From NCBI GenBank assembly GCA_020053615.1, contig JAGVMW010000114.1, forward strand, positions 1 through 33,303: a stretch of DNA of 33,303 nt. The letters run 5' to 3'. A program made the translations under genes and the position numbers. The notes beneath the pieces are model-generated. The model ran no database searches, was not told where the DNA came from, and was given only the letters and a program-made list of their open reading frames with translations. This document shows positions 9,008 through 17,397 of this stretch, piece after piece. Within the stretch, counting starts at the first letter, position 1. Each line of letters starts with the position of its first letter. This DNA is from an archaeon. GTDB taxonomy: Archaea > Nanobdellota > Nanobdellia > Woesearchaeales > GW2011-AR9.

Positions 9008-10038
9008 CCTAAATCATTAAGCCTCTTTTCTATATCTTCTTTAGATGGCAGATACTTCATGAGTTCTTTAGGAAGCAATTGCGTTATTTTATATGTAGCA
9101 ACTCCAATTGGCTTTTTGGCATCGCGCAAAGCGTACTCTACTGTTGTTCTTCTCTTTTCTTTGCAGATAATAATACCTATAGAAGCATTCTCCTCATCTA
9201 ATTTAATCCGGCTATCCAATGCCGAAAGATAGAACTGCATTTTTCCGGCATATTCCGGTTTGAACTTACCCACTTTTAATTCAATAGCGACCAAACTTCT
9301 TAATTTTCGATGATATAATAACAAATCAATAAAGTATTCTTCATCATCTACTTCCATCCTATATTGGCTTCCAACGAAACAGAAATAGTTGCCCATCTCT
9401 GATAGGAAATTTTTGATTCTACTAACAAGGGCATTTTCCATTTCTTTTTCAGAGTGTTCTTCTCCCAACTCCAAAAAATCAAAAGTATACTCGTCTTTGA
9501 CCGCTAATTTAGCTTGATTTTGATATTTAACCGGAACAGTTTGGTCAAAGTTTGTTTGGTTGAGAAGATATTTTTCATAAGACTTGTTCTCAATTTGATG
9601 GATTAGGACATCTTTAGTCCAGCCAAACTTTCTGGTCATCTTAATATAAAACTCCCGCTCTAAATCATCTTTGCATTTCTCCATAATGATTATGTTTTTT
9701 ACCCAGCTTATTTCTCGCACCAATGGTGCGAGTTTTTCACTAGCTTTGTAATTTAGGTAAAAATTTCTCATTCTCCAAAGGTTTGCTGAAGAAAAACCTC
9801 CTACGCTAGGATATTCCGCTTGTAAATCTTTAGCTAAAGTTTCTACGATAGATTTACCCCAATCCTGCTTCTCAACTATTTTCTTACCAATATCCCAATA
9901 CAAACCAATGAGTTCTTTATTTACGGCTTTGAGTGCGGAATATTGGGCTTCTCTGATTCTTTGTTTTATTTCAATAAGAAAATGCCGATAATCATCTTTG
10001 GTTAGGTTTTTATTCATGATTTTACCTCCACTTCCCAA
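9004..10038 (-). CDS. DUF1016/YhcG-family PD-(D/E)xK nuclease
   Basis: The N-terminal region reads IREAQYSALKAVNKELIGLYWDIGKKIVEKQ...GFSSANLWRMRNFY. The C-terminal FIDLLLYH...VAIELKVGKF is a D...ExK nuclease core. Confidence 0.85.
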   Translation of the reverse strand: MGSGGKIMNKNLTKDDYRHFLIEIKQRIREAQYSALKAVNKELIGLYWDIGKKIVEKQDWGKSIVETLAKDLQAEYPSVGGFSSANLWRMRNFYLNYKASEKLAPLVREISWVKNIIIMEKCKDDLEREFYIKMTRKFGWTKDVLIHQIENKSYEKYLLNQTNFDQTVPVKYQNQAKLAVKDEYTFDFLELGEEHSEKEMENALVSRIKNFLSEMGNYFCFVGSQYRMEVDDEEYFIDLLLYHRKLRSLVAIELKVGKFKPEYAGKMQFYLSALDSRIKLDEENASIGIIICKEKRRTTVEYALRDAKKPIGVATYKITQLLPKELMKYLPSKEDIEKRLNDLG

Positions 10039-10041
10039 TCT

Positions 10042-10497
10042 TCAGGAATCATTCCTTTCCAGAAGCTTTTCATGGCTCTGGAATTTTTTGGCAAAATAAT
10101 CTTTTTTTGCGCAGGCTTCCCGAATTTCATCAATATGCGCTATATGTTTGTTTTCGTTAAGCCATTCATAAAATAAATATACGCTGAAAATAGTAGAAAG
10201 CAGTTCTGATACTGTGTTAAATATCCACTTATCAATGCACCACCTGAAAAAAGTCTCTAAAGTATACCTATCAATATCCTGCGGGCTTTCTTCTTCATCT
10301 ATTGCTAGATAGTCGTTAATATACAATTCTACATTGTTAAGGTGCTTTTTTATTGTTTTTTTGCTGAGGTTCTTTCGTAATAAGTACTCTTCAAATTGGT
10401 GGAGCAGTGCGATATTTTCTTTTTGAATTTTTTCGTATTTTTCCATTGTCCTACCTTCATCCCTTCTTTCCCCAGTAATATGTATTTCTCTCATCAA
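10042..10497 (-). CDS. Hypothetical protein with weak resemblance to the tyrosine-recombinase N-terminal SAM-like (core-binding) domain
   Basis: FEEYLLRKNLSKKTIKKHLNNVELYINDYL has the pattern of a core-binding domain. The true start may be the ATG at 10446 (MEKYEKIQ). Confidence 0.4.
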   Translation of the reverse strand: MMREIHITGERRDEGRTMEKYEKIQKENIALLHQFEEYLLRKNLSKKTIKKHLNNVELYINDYLAIDEEESPQDIDRYTLETFFRWCIDKWIFNTVSELLSTIFSVYLFYEWLNENKHIAHIDEIREACAKKDYFAKKFQSHEKLLERNDS

Positions 10498-10498
10498 A

Positions 10499-11989
10499 CT
10501 ACTTCCTTACACGCCCCCGATGTTTTAATCTCCCTCTCTGAATTACAACATATCCCCCGGTTTTCTTAGAGCCTACTTTTGTAATCCTTCCTTGATGTAT
10601 TAATTCTTGCAAGTAGCGCTTTAATGTTCCAAGGGGCATCTTTGTATCCTGTTCAATATCTGCCCGTTTACAGTTAGGATTTAGCTCGATAAAGTGAAAG
10701 ATTGTCTCAGATTTTATCGGCTCACTTATCGGCTCACTTATCGGCTCATTTAGTGGCTCAAATTTAGGATGAATCTTCAATCTTGTAATAAACTGGACTC
10801 TATCATCATCCGTAATAAATACTGGTGCAGGTGAACCATTATTTTGCATAGCACTTCTTATTTTCCTAAATCCGGTATTCTTTCCCTCTGTGAGCTTTAA
10901 TTCTTTTAAAAAATCACCAATTCTCCTATTTCTATACCGTTTAGAGATTACGATAGCATCATTAATATTATCTTTATTCAATGGAGGAAGAGGCCCAGGA
11001 TAACTGATTATATCAATTCGGTCAAGTTCGATTCTTACTTCAATCGGTGCGTCTATCTCATAGCTTTTATGATAAACAGCATTAACTAATGCTTCTTCAA
11101 TTGCAGTATAAGGATATGAAAAAAATCTTATTGCCTCTGCTTTAGTTGGCACTTTTATTACTTGTTCTTGTATTGCCGAATTTTTTATGTACTGTAAAGC
11201 AGAAATGATTTGATTTTGGAGGGGCCCGCTAAATCTTTCTTCTCTGAATTTATCACCGATTTTATCTTGGAATATGGTAACCTCAATCCAAGGGGTTTTA
11301 ATATATTTTTCTGGCTCATTGGAAAAAAATAATAGCCCTACGTTTTTAGGCTTCATCATTTCGTTAGGTCCTTCAATAATATTGAGGCTCTTGCAAAGCT
11401 CTTCAAAACTTAATGCTTTTGCACTTAATCCTGAATGAATATTCTGCAAATATGATTTAATCAACTCTACATTCAAGTCATTTAGCGATGCTTTCTGGTT
11501 TATTTGATCATCATAAGGGATCTGGTTAGACATTCCAATTAATTCTTTTTCTTCTTCTTTATTTGCAACAACTGTTGATGACGAATGACGAATATAGTAT
11601 TTATATTCTGATGCAACCCCAAACGATTTTGGTGCTTTGTACGGTCTTGCAGGGCCACCGGGGCAATATAAAATTATGAGGTTTTTAGAATTATATTTTG
11701 TGGGCTCAACAATGGGATAATAAGGCCATTGAATTTTGTTAGATAATTCTACTATTTTTTTCAAGATAAAATCTATCTGATTTTCGGCAATTCCAATTAT
11801 TCTTTTTTTATCGTCAACACCGATTATAATGTAGCCCCCTCCCCAATTATTAAAATCATTTGCAAAAGCACACATAGTATGAACTATTGATTCAGGATTA
11901 AACCCTTCTTTTAATTCAATTCTTTCTGATTCAATTAAATGTTCTTCAATTAATCGTTTGGCGTTTATTGGCAGCAGCATTTTATTCAT
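10499..11989 (-). CDS. AlbA_2 (Schlafen-like) + HATPase_c_4 + C-terminal wHTH protein, often annotated as a RecG-like putative DNA-binding regulator
   Basis: The AlbA_2 region reads ESERIELKEGFN...CAFANDFNNWGGGYIIIGVDD. The ATPase-like region reads EEALVNAVYHKSYE...RNRRIGDFLKELKLTEGKNTGFRKI. The C-terminal wHTH reads LGTLKRYLQELIHQGRITKVG. Confidence 0.8.
   Translation of the reverse strand: MNKMLLPINAKRLIEEHLIESERIELKEGFNPESIVHTMCAFANDFNNWGGGYIIIGVDDKKRIIGIAENQIDFILKKIVELSNKIQWPYYPIVEPTKYNSKNLIILYCPGGPARPYKAPKSFGVASEYKYYIRHSSSTVVANKEEEKELIGMSNQIPYDDQINQKASLNDLNVELIKSYLQNIHSGLSAKALSFEELCKSLNIIEGPNEMMKPKNVGLLFFSNEPEKYIKTPWIEVTIFQDKIGDKFREERFSGPLQNQIISALQYIKNSAIQEQVIKVPTKAEAIRFFSYPYTAIEEALVNAVYHKSYEIDAPIEVRIELDRIDIISYPGPLPPLNKDNINDAIVISKRYRNRRIGDFLKELKLTEGKNTGFRKIRSAMQNNGSPAPVFITDDDRVQFITRLKIHPKFEPLNEPISEPISEPIKSETIFHFIELNPNCKRADIEQDTKMPLGTLKRYLQELIHQGRITKVGSKKTGGYVVIQRGRLKHRGRVRK
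10714..10761. repeat. In-frame 12-bp tandem repeat: two perfect and two degenerate units of TTATCGGCTCAC
   Basis: Units lie at 10714-10725, 10726-10737, 10738-10749 and 10750-10761. They encode the EPISEPISEPI linker of the AlbA_2 protein. Confidence 0.85.
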
Positions 11990-11997
11990 TCCTTTTT

Positions 11998-13521
11998 TTA
12001 TATCTTAAACCCAATCCCTTCCAGATTCTTCTTTATTTCAACATCCAACTTCTGCCCTTCTTTCATCTGTTCAGATAATTCAGCAGTTAATCGTTTCATC
12101 TTCTCTTCAAATGCTTCGTCGTCTTCTACTTCTTCTTGGATTCCAACATATCTTCCAGGAGTCAGGATAAAATTATTCTTCTCAACCTCTTCCAATTTAG
12201 CGGATTTGCAAAGGCCAGTAACATCTTCATATTTGAGCTTGTTTTCTCCTCTCCATGCGTGATAAGTGGAAGATATTTTCTTAACATCCTCATCAGTTAG
12301 TTCTCTATGTCTTCGGTCAATCATCACACCCATATTTCTGGCATCAATAAACAAGATTTGCCCTCTTCTGTCCCTAAACGAATGGTCTTTTTTATCTCGT
12401 GTAACAAACCACAAGCAGGCAGGAATTCCAGTATTGTAGAATAACTGGGCAGGTAATGCTACCATGCAATCAACAATATCAGAAGTAATCATATCCTTCC
12501 TTATTTCGCCCTCATTAGAAGTATTTGATGACATTGAGCCATTTGCCAGAACAAAGCCAGCTACGCCAGTAGGATTCAAATGATGAATAAAATGCTGAAC
12601 CCAGGCAAAATTGGCATTATTTTTTGGAGGCACTCCAAACTTCCATCTTACATCTTCCTGCAATAATTCGCCATTCCAATCTGAATCATTAAACGGAGGA
12701 TTGGCAAGAATAAAATCTGCTTTCAAATCTTTATGCTGGTCATCATGGAAAGCATCGCCCCATTTGATATTTGAGTCAATCCCTCTGATAGCCATATTCA
12801 TCTTACAAAGCTTCCATGTTGTCTGGTTGCTTTCTTGTCCATAAACCGAAATGTCTTTTATTTTTCCGCCATGAGCCTCTACAAACTTTTCGGATTGAAC
12901 AAACATTCCACCTGAACCACAGCAGGGATCAAATATTCTTCCTTTGTATGGCTCTAACATCTCAGTTAATAGTTTTACAATAGAACGAGGAGTATAGAAC
13001 TGCCCGCCTTTCTTTCCTTCAGCAGAGGCAAATTCACCTAAAAAATATTCATAGACTCTTCCAAGAATGTCTTTACTACGATTCTCTTTATCACCAAGTC
13101 CAATCGTTCCGATTAAATCAATCAATTCCCCTAATCTTTGCTTGTTCAATCCTGGACGAGCATAATTCTTTGGCAAAACTCCTTTAAGTGAGGGATTGTC
13201 TCTTTCAATAATATCCATAGCTTCATCAAGAAATTTTCCAACTTCTGGCTTTTTTGCATTGGCTTGAAGATGCTCCCATCTTGCTACTTTTGGGACAAAG
13301 AAAATTCTCCGCGAAACATACTCATCAACATCTTCTGGATCTGAATCTTTCTCTTTTTTCAGTTTTTCATAAACTTCAGTAAAAGCATCAGAAATATACT
13401 TTAAGAAAATCAAACCTAAAACAACGTGCTTATATTCAGCAGCATCCATATTGCTTCTTAGCTTATCAGCAGAAGACCATAATTTTTGTTCAAACCCTAA
13501 ATTAGCACCGTTATTTGACAT
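11998..13521 (-). CDS. hsdM: Type I R-M N6-adenine DNA methyltransferase subunit
   Basis: It has motif [12 protein letters not shown], motif [10 protein letters not shown] and an HsdM N-terminal domain ([33 protein letters not shown]). Confidence 0.95.
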   Translation of the reverse strand: MSNNGANLGFEQKLWSSADKLRSNMDAAEYKHVVLGLIFLKYISDAFTEVYEKLKKEKDSDPEDVDEYVSRRIFFVPKVARWEHLQANAKKPEVGKFLDEAMDIIERDNPSLKGVLPKNYARPGLNKQRLGELIDLIGTIGLGDKENRSKDILGRVYEYFLGEFASAEGKKGGQFYTPRSIVKLLTEMLEPYKGRIFDPCCGSGGMFVQSEKFVEAHGGKIKDISVYGQESNQTTWKLCKMNMAIRGIDSNIKWGDAFHDDQHKDLKADFILANPPFNDSDWNGELLQEDVRWKFGVPPKNNANFAWVQHFIHHLNPTGVAGFVLANGSMSSNTSNEGEIRKDMITSDIVDCMVALPAQLFYNTGIPACLWFVTRDKKDHSFRDRRGQILFIDARNMGVMIDRRHRELTDEDVKKISSTYHAWRGENKLKYEDVTGLCKSAKLEEVEKNNFILTPGRYVGIQEEVEDDEAFEEKMKRLTAELSEQMKEGQKLDVEIKKNLEGIGFKI

Positions 13522-13663
13522 TTTCTCGCCCCCTCTTATCTAACTCTGCTTCCATGCACTTCTCAAACTGACGAGATACTATCCAGCCTTCTTTCTTGCA
13601 TATCTCTCTATACTTATCGTAAAGTTCAGAGTTTACTTTCAATGTGATGTTTTTTGTTTTCAT
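13511..13663 (-). CDS. Ribbon-helix-helix (CopG/Arc-like) small protein RHH-1, translationally coupled to hsdM
   Basis: [41 protein letters not shown] has a beta-strand plus two-helix pattern. The ATG at 13663 is preceded by GGTGGGGTGA. The track ORF (to 13693) begins at a GTG and is probably over-extended. A paralog lies at 32630-32779. Confidence 0.7.
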   Translation of the reverse strand: MKTKNITLKVNSELYDKYREICKKEGWIVSRQFEKCMEAELDKRGRENVK

Positions 13664-13711
13664 TTCACCCCACCTGATAAGAAATACTTGCACATACTTA
13701 TAAATATTACT

Positions 13712-13904
13712 GTTTTCTCGCCACTAACTACTGAATACTGAAACTCCCACCCTACCCACCCAAAGCGTCTTCTTTTTGTAAAAAGAAGCAAAAACAAAAC
13801 GGAATTCCCCCCTACGAACGACTAAACTAATGTCTGCTTCGCAGTAATTGATGTTAAAGTAAGTAAAAACTACGGCACCTATCTGATTTTCGGCAGTAAG
13901 AAAA
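13712..13904 (+). repeat. Leader-type (S2) repeat upstream of RHH-1/hsdM; the inverted partner of 3566-3800
   Basis: It contains GTTTTCTCGCC (13712-13722), ACGGAATTCCCCCC (13799-13812), TTAAAGTAAGTAAAAA (13854-13869) and GGCAGTAAGAAAA (13892-13904). In addition, 13799-13853 is near-identical to 32898-32953. Confidence 0.8.
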
Positions 13905-13934
13905 CTTCTCCGCTTTTTTTCTGCGGAAAAAAAT

Positions 13935-13984
13935 GCTCGACCCCGTTGCACTCTCGCTACGCTCGGGTCGGCTAACAGCGGAAG
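13935..13984 (+). repeat. Junction element J4, left half (GC-rich block plus CGGGTCGGCTAACAGCGGAAG), interrupted by the IS
   Basis: CCGTTGCACTCTCGCTACGCTCGGGTCGGCTAACAG aligns with J1, J3 and J9. The expected CATAY-GTTAWAY half is found only on the far side of the IS. Confidence 0.7.
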
Positions 13985-15541
13985 CCGTCCCGCAATCCCC
14001 TCCCAAAACACAATTTAAATCTTCATTCTTCTCAGAAAAAAATAAAATCCCTCATTTAACACTCCACTGCTCCTTTCATCCTCCAAATCTTCATTAAATT
14101 ATGAGCAATACAGGCCAAATTAAACTCAATCTTCACCTTTTCCTTGCCTCGAAGCAGGAATTCCCTGAATCCCAAGTTCTGCTTGATATTCCCATACACC
14201 GGCTCGACCGTAATTTTCCGCAAAGAATACACTTTCTTTGCTTCATCTGTTTTCATCTTGTCTCTCATCCTCAGCCGTTCACGGAAGTAGAACGGCACAT
14301 CTTTTTTCTTCCCTAATTTATCATTATAATAACTCAATATCTTCATGCCGTTTTTCCTCGTGTACTGAAACTTGAAGTAAAATCGATGTTTTCCGACGAT
14401 TAATTCATCTCTCTTGGCATCATACTCATACTGGTCGTGATTCAAACTTTGCTCCTTGCCGTCAAACTCTTGTGCTTGTGCACGAGAAGGCACATATAAA
14501 TCAATCTTATTTTCCTCCGCAAATTTAATGTTCCCCGCGTCACTATAACCGCAGTCAACTCCCACCTTTGTGTCATCTTTCAAAGTTATATTCTCTTTAA
14601 CATTCTTCATCTGCGGGATGAACTGGTGAACATCATGCTTGTCCTGGCAGATCTCATTGGCAATAATTATCTGATTCCTGTCGACAGTTAGCTGAGCATT
14701 GTAGCTCAGCTCGGAATGCCTTTTCTTGGTCTGCATGGCTCTGGCTTCAGGATCAGAAAGGGAGACTTTCTTCAACCCATACTTTTCCAGTTCATTTTTA
14801 GCTTGTTCAATATTCTTTTTGACCTTCTTCTTATCTTCTGCCTCATGGAATTCCCTAACTATTTTCTTAAGGTCTCTTTTGTCAATTCCAGTAAGCCCTT
14901 CTTCCCTATCGTCGAAGAGTTGGTCTTCCAGTTCATCCAGAGCTATATCTTCTTTGATCATCTTTTCGATAGCTTGGTCCAGTTTGTCCAACCCTTTCTT
15001 ATCCATATATCTCTTGCTACCAGCGTAGGCCTTTAAGGTTGTTCCATCGATGCTGATAAAGCTGAGGTCAGTAAGGTTGTGCCTGGCGGCGATTTCCACC
15101 GTTTTTTTGAATGCATCTTTGACAAATTCAGGATGTTCCATCCTGAAGCGGTTTATCGTCCTGAAATCTGGATGGACTTTCTCTGCCAGATACATGAAAA
15201 TAAAGTTTTCTCTGGTTGCCCTGGCCAATCTTCTGGAAGATCTGGTTTTGCAAAGCATCCCGTAAACCAAGATTTTCATGATAATTCTCGGGTGATAGGC
15301 AGGATGCCCTGCGCCTTCGTAGATCAAATCAAAGTCGGAGAAATCTAACTCATCAACATAGTTTTCCACTAGGAAACAGATGTGGTCTTTAGGAATGATT
15401 TCTGTTATCGACGGTGGCAGAAGCCAATTCTGGTCTTGGTAAGAATTTATGTATGCCATATTGCACCTCATTTTATTGATGATAAGATTATAACTTGTCG
15501 ACGGGAGAACTAGTATTTATATTTTGTGAATTATGGGACGG
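13985..15541 (-). mobile_element. IS element (IS1182/IS5-like) inserted into a junction element
   Basis: It encodes a single DDE transposase. The ends are imperfectly inverted: CCGTCCCGCAATCC...AAAACACAATTTAAAT at 13985 onward, and the reverse complement of 15500-15541 reads CCGTCCCATAATTC..AAAATATAAATAC. The boundaries could instead be 13992/15534 if CCGTCCC/GGGACGG belongs to the target hairpin. No clear target-site duplication was seen. Confidence 0.6.
14056..15471 (-). CDS. DDE transposase, IS1182/IS5 superfamily
   Basis: The N-terminal DUF772-type region reads HPAYHPRIIMKILVYGMLCKTRSSRRLARATRENFIFMYLA. The C-terminal region reads VEPVYGNIKQNLGFREFLLRGKEKVKIEFNLACIAHNLMKI. Confidence 0.85.
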   Translation of the reverse strand: MRCNMAYINSYQDQNWLLPPSITEIIPKDHICFLVENYVDELDFSDFDLIYEGAGHPAYHPRIIMKILVYGMLCKTRSSRRLARATRENFIFMYLAEKVHPDFRTINRFRMEHPEFVKDAFKKTVEIAARHNLTDLSFISIDGTTLKAYAGSKRYMDKKGLDKLDQAIEKMIKEDIALDELEDQLFDDREEGLTGIDKRDLKKIVREFHEAEDKKKVKKNIEQAKNELEKYGLKKVSLSDPEARAMQTKKRHSELSYNAQLTVDRNQIIIANEICQDKHDVHQFIPQMKNVKENITLKDDTKVGVDCGYSDAGNIKFAEENKIDLYVPSRAQAQEFDGKEQSLNHDQYEYDAKRDELIVGKHRFYFKFQYTRKNGMKILSYYNDKLGKKKDVPFYFRERLRMRDKMKTDEAKKVYSLRKITVEPVYGNIKQNLGFREFLLRGKEKVKIEFNLACIAHNLMKIWRMKGAVEC

Positions 15542-15565
15542 TCTGAGGGGTCCCATATGTTATAT
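15542..15565 (+). repeat. Junction element J4, right half (TCTGAGGGGTCCCATAT-GTTATAT)
   Basis: The core CATATGTTATAT at 15554-15565 completes the junction whose left half ends at 13984. Confidence 0.65.
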
Positions 15566-15685
15566 GACATTTTCTGTCGTTGTAACTGTACTCTACGCTA
15601 ACGCTAAACTCTAAGGACTTTATGATTGACGCTTCCGTGACAGCTAACTTTAAAACTACGAGTGGGGGCTAACTTAACGGAAAGA

Positions 15686-15695
15686 TTTATATACA
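15686..15695 (+). promoter_or_regulatory. TATA-box-like element (TTTATATACA)
   Basis: It lies about 25-30 nt upstream of the ATG at 15720, with no SD. Confidence 0.45.
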
Positions 15696-15719
15696 TAATA
15701 TGATGTATCTAAGTACATA

Positions 15720-16295
15720 ATGAAAACTGAACTCAAAATCCTTAAGAACTTTATAGAAACTAAAAAACCAAAAACGATTAGAGAGATCGCTCAACAAATT
15801 AAATCTGATTACAGAATAACCCATATTGCCGTGCAAAGACTTATTGAAAAAAATGCTCTTAAAGTCCAAACTGTGGGGAAAAGTTCTTTATGCTCGCTGA
15901 ATGAGAAATACTTTGGAAGTTATATCTACGAAACTGAAAACGAAAGAAAAGAAGAGATTCTCAAAAATAAGAATATAAACCAACTTTACAAAGAAATTAT
16001 GTCCAAAGTAAAAACAGGTTCTTTTATCCTGCTTTTATTTGGTTCTTACGCAAAAAACAAGCAGACAAAAGTGTCAGATATTGATCTTCTATTCATCTCA
16101 AATGAAAGTGGCTTTGAAAATAGAATTTCAGACATTCTTTCATTACTCCCATTAAAGACTCATGCTCTGGTATTTACAGAAGAAGAATTTATCCGGATGA
16201 AAGACTCAAAAAAGTCAAATGTAATCCAAGAAGCAATAGAAAGTAATATAATACTGTATGGGATTGAAGCTTATTATAGGATAAAAAATGCTTGA
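15720..16295 (+). CDS. wHTH + minimal nucleotidyltransferase (MNT) protein
   Basis: It carries the GSYAKNKQTKVSDIDLLF NTase signature (GS...DxD). The N-terminal wHTH reads IREIAQQIKSDYRITHIAVQRLIEKNAL. Confidence 0.75.
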   Translation: MKTELKILKNFIETKKPKTIREIAQQIKSDYRITHIAVQRLIEKNALKVQTVGKSSLCSLNEKYFGSYIYETENERKEEILKNKNINQLYKEIMSKVKTGSFILLLFGSYAKNKQTKVSDIDLLFISNESGFENRISDILSLLPLKTHALVFTEEEFIRMKDSKKSNVIQEAIESNIILYGIEAYYRIKNA

Positions 16296-16824
16296 CGAAA
16301 AACGAATTAAAGAAGCGGAATCAAACGTGAGGCAGTATCTACAAGATAATCTGCTTAAGAAACAGACAGATGAGACGGCTAGAGCAATGTATATTGAAAA
16401 TGCTGATCTTTCACTGGAGACGGCTAAGAGACTTCTTGCTTTAGAAAGTAAAGATTATCAGCCTTATCTCTGGGTAATTGTCCCCTCTTACTATTCAATG
16501 TATTATATTGCCAATGCCATCCTTTTAAAATTAGGGTATAAAGTAGGAGATAAAATAAGTCATAAAGTAACTGCCGATGCCATTATTGTTTTTGTCAGAA
16601 ATAAACTCAAGAAAAGCCTCCTAGAAGAATATGAGAATGCTCAGGCAGACGCACTGGAATTAATGTCACAGCGAGCCGATGTTTTATTGAAATCCCTTGA
16701 CGAAGAACGACAAAAACGGTCAAAATTTCAATATCAAATGGATGAGCAGGTGAAACGAGGAAAAGCAATAACTTCTCTGGAACGGGCTAAAGAATTTGTG
16801 TTTGAGATGAAGAAGTTGTTATAG
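16288..16824 (+). CDS. HEPN-like (UPF0332-type) partner of the MNT
   Basis: It overlaps the MNT gene by 8 nt. The protein looks all-helical, and YYSMYYIANAILLKLGYKVGDKISHKVT resembles archaeal HEPN/UPF0332 proteins. I did not see a clean Rx4-6H motif. Confidence 0.5.
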   Translation: MLDEKRIKEAESNVRQYLQDNLLKKQTDETARAMYIENADLSLETAKRLLALESKDYQPYLWVIVPSYYSMYYIANAILLKLGYKVGDKISHKVTADAIIVFVRNKLKKSLLEEYENAQADALELMSQRADVLLKSLDEERQKRSKFQYQMDEQVKRGKAITSLERAKEFVFEMKKLL

Positions 16825-17394
16825 GTAAATTTTTTTATTTTAAAGAGATTTCCCACAGTTCAGGCTCATGATCCAGGAACGCCAAACGCCGTTGGCGCGA
16901 TTTCCATCGCCAAAGCCACTGAAGTATTAGAATCAATTGGTTATGATCGTATTCACAAATATGAATCTGAATTAGTTAGAACTGCATTCAGAGGATTAAA
17001 GCAAACTGATGGCGTAACAGTTTATGTTTCTGAATCAGAATTAGGTAGCGTCATTCCTTTTGATATTACAGGGACAGATAGCCGATTAACTGCTGAAATC
17101 CTAAGAGATGATTATGGGATTGGCGTACGAGCAGGTTCATTCTGTACTTATGAATTCATGAGAAAAATCAAAAATATTTCTGATGAACAAGACAAAAAAA
17201 TCTTAGAAGAAATTGATAGAGGCATCACAAGAAGTATTCCCGGAGTTGTTAGGGCTAGTTTTGGCTTAGTGAATAATCAAGAAGATGTTACAAGATTAAT
17301 TTCTGCTGTTAATGAAATCGCTCACAATGGAATAGAACATTATTTCGAAATATACAACCAAGACAATACCACCGGATTGTGGACAAAGAGGTAA
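16825..17394 (+). pseudogene. 5'-truncated class V aminotransferase / cysteine desulfurase-like gene (C-terminal third only)
   Basis: The frame is open from the stop at 16822-16824. From about 16861 it reads QAHDPGTPNAVGAISIAKATEVL... The xxGTPN motif normally sits about two thirds of the way into SufS/NifS-type enzymes. The PLP-lysine region is absent, and there is no ATG before 17158. Confidence 0.65.
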
Positions 17395-17397
17395 AAA

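Noticed and set aside
10714-10761. A possible CRISPR-like or other spaced repeat array.
   Set aside because: This is a contiguous 12-bp tandem repeat inside a coding region. No repeat-spacer periodicity was seen anywhere in the window.
17158-17394. The 78-aa ORF as an independent gene.
   Set aside because: The same frame is open back to 16825, and the upstream part continues the aminotransferase homology. The ORF is the tail of a truncated gene rather than a separate small gene.
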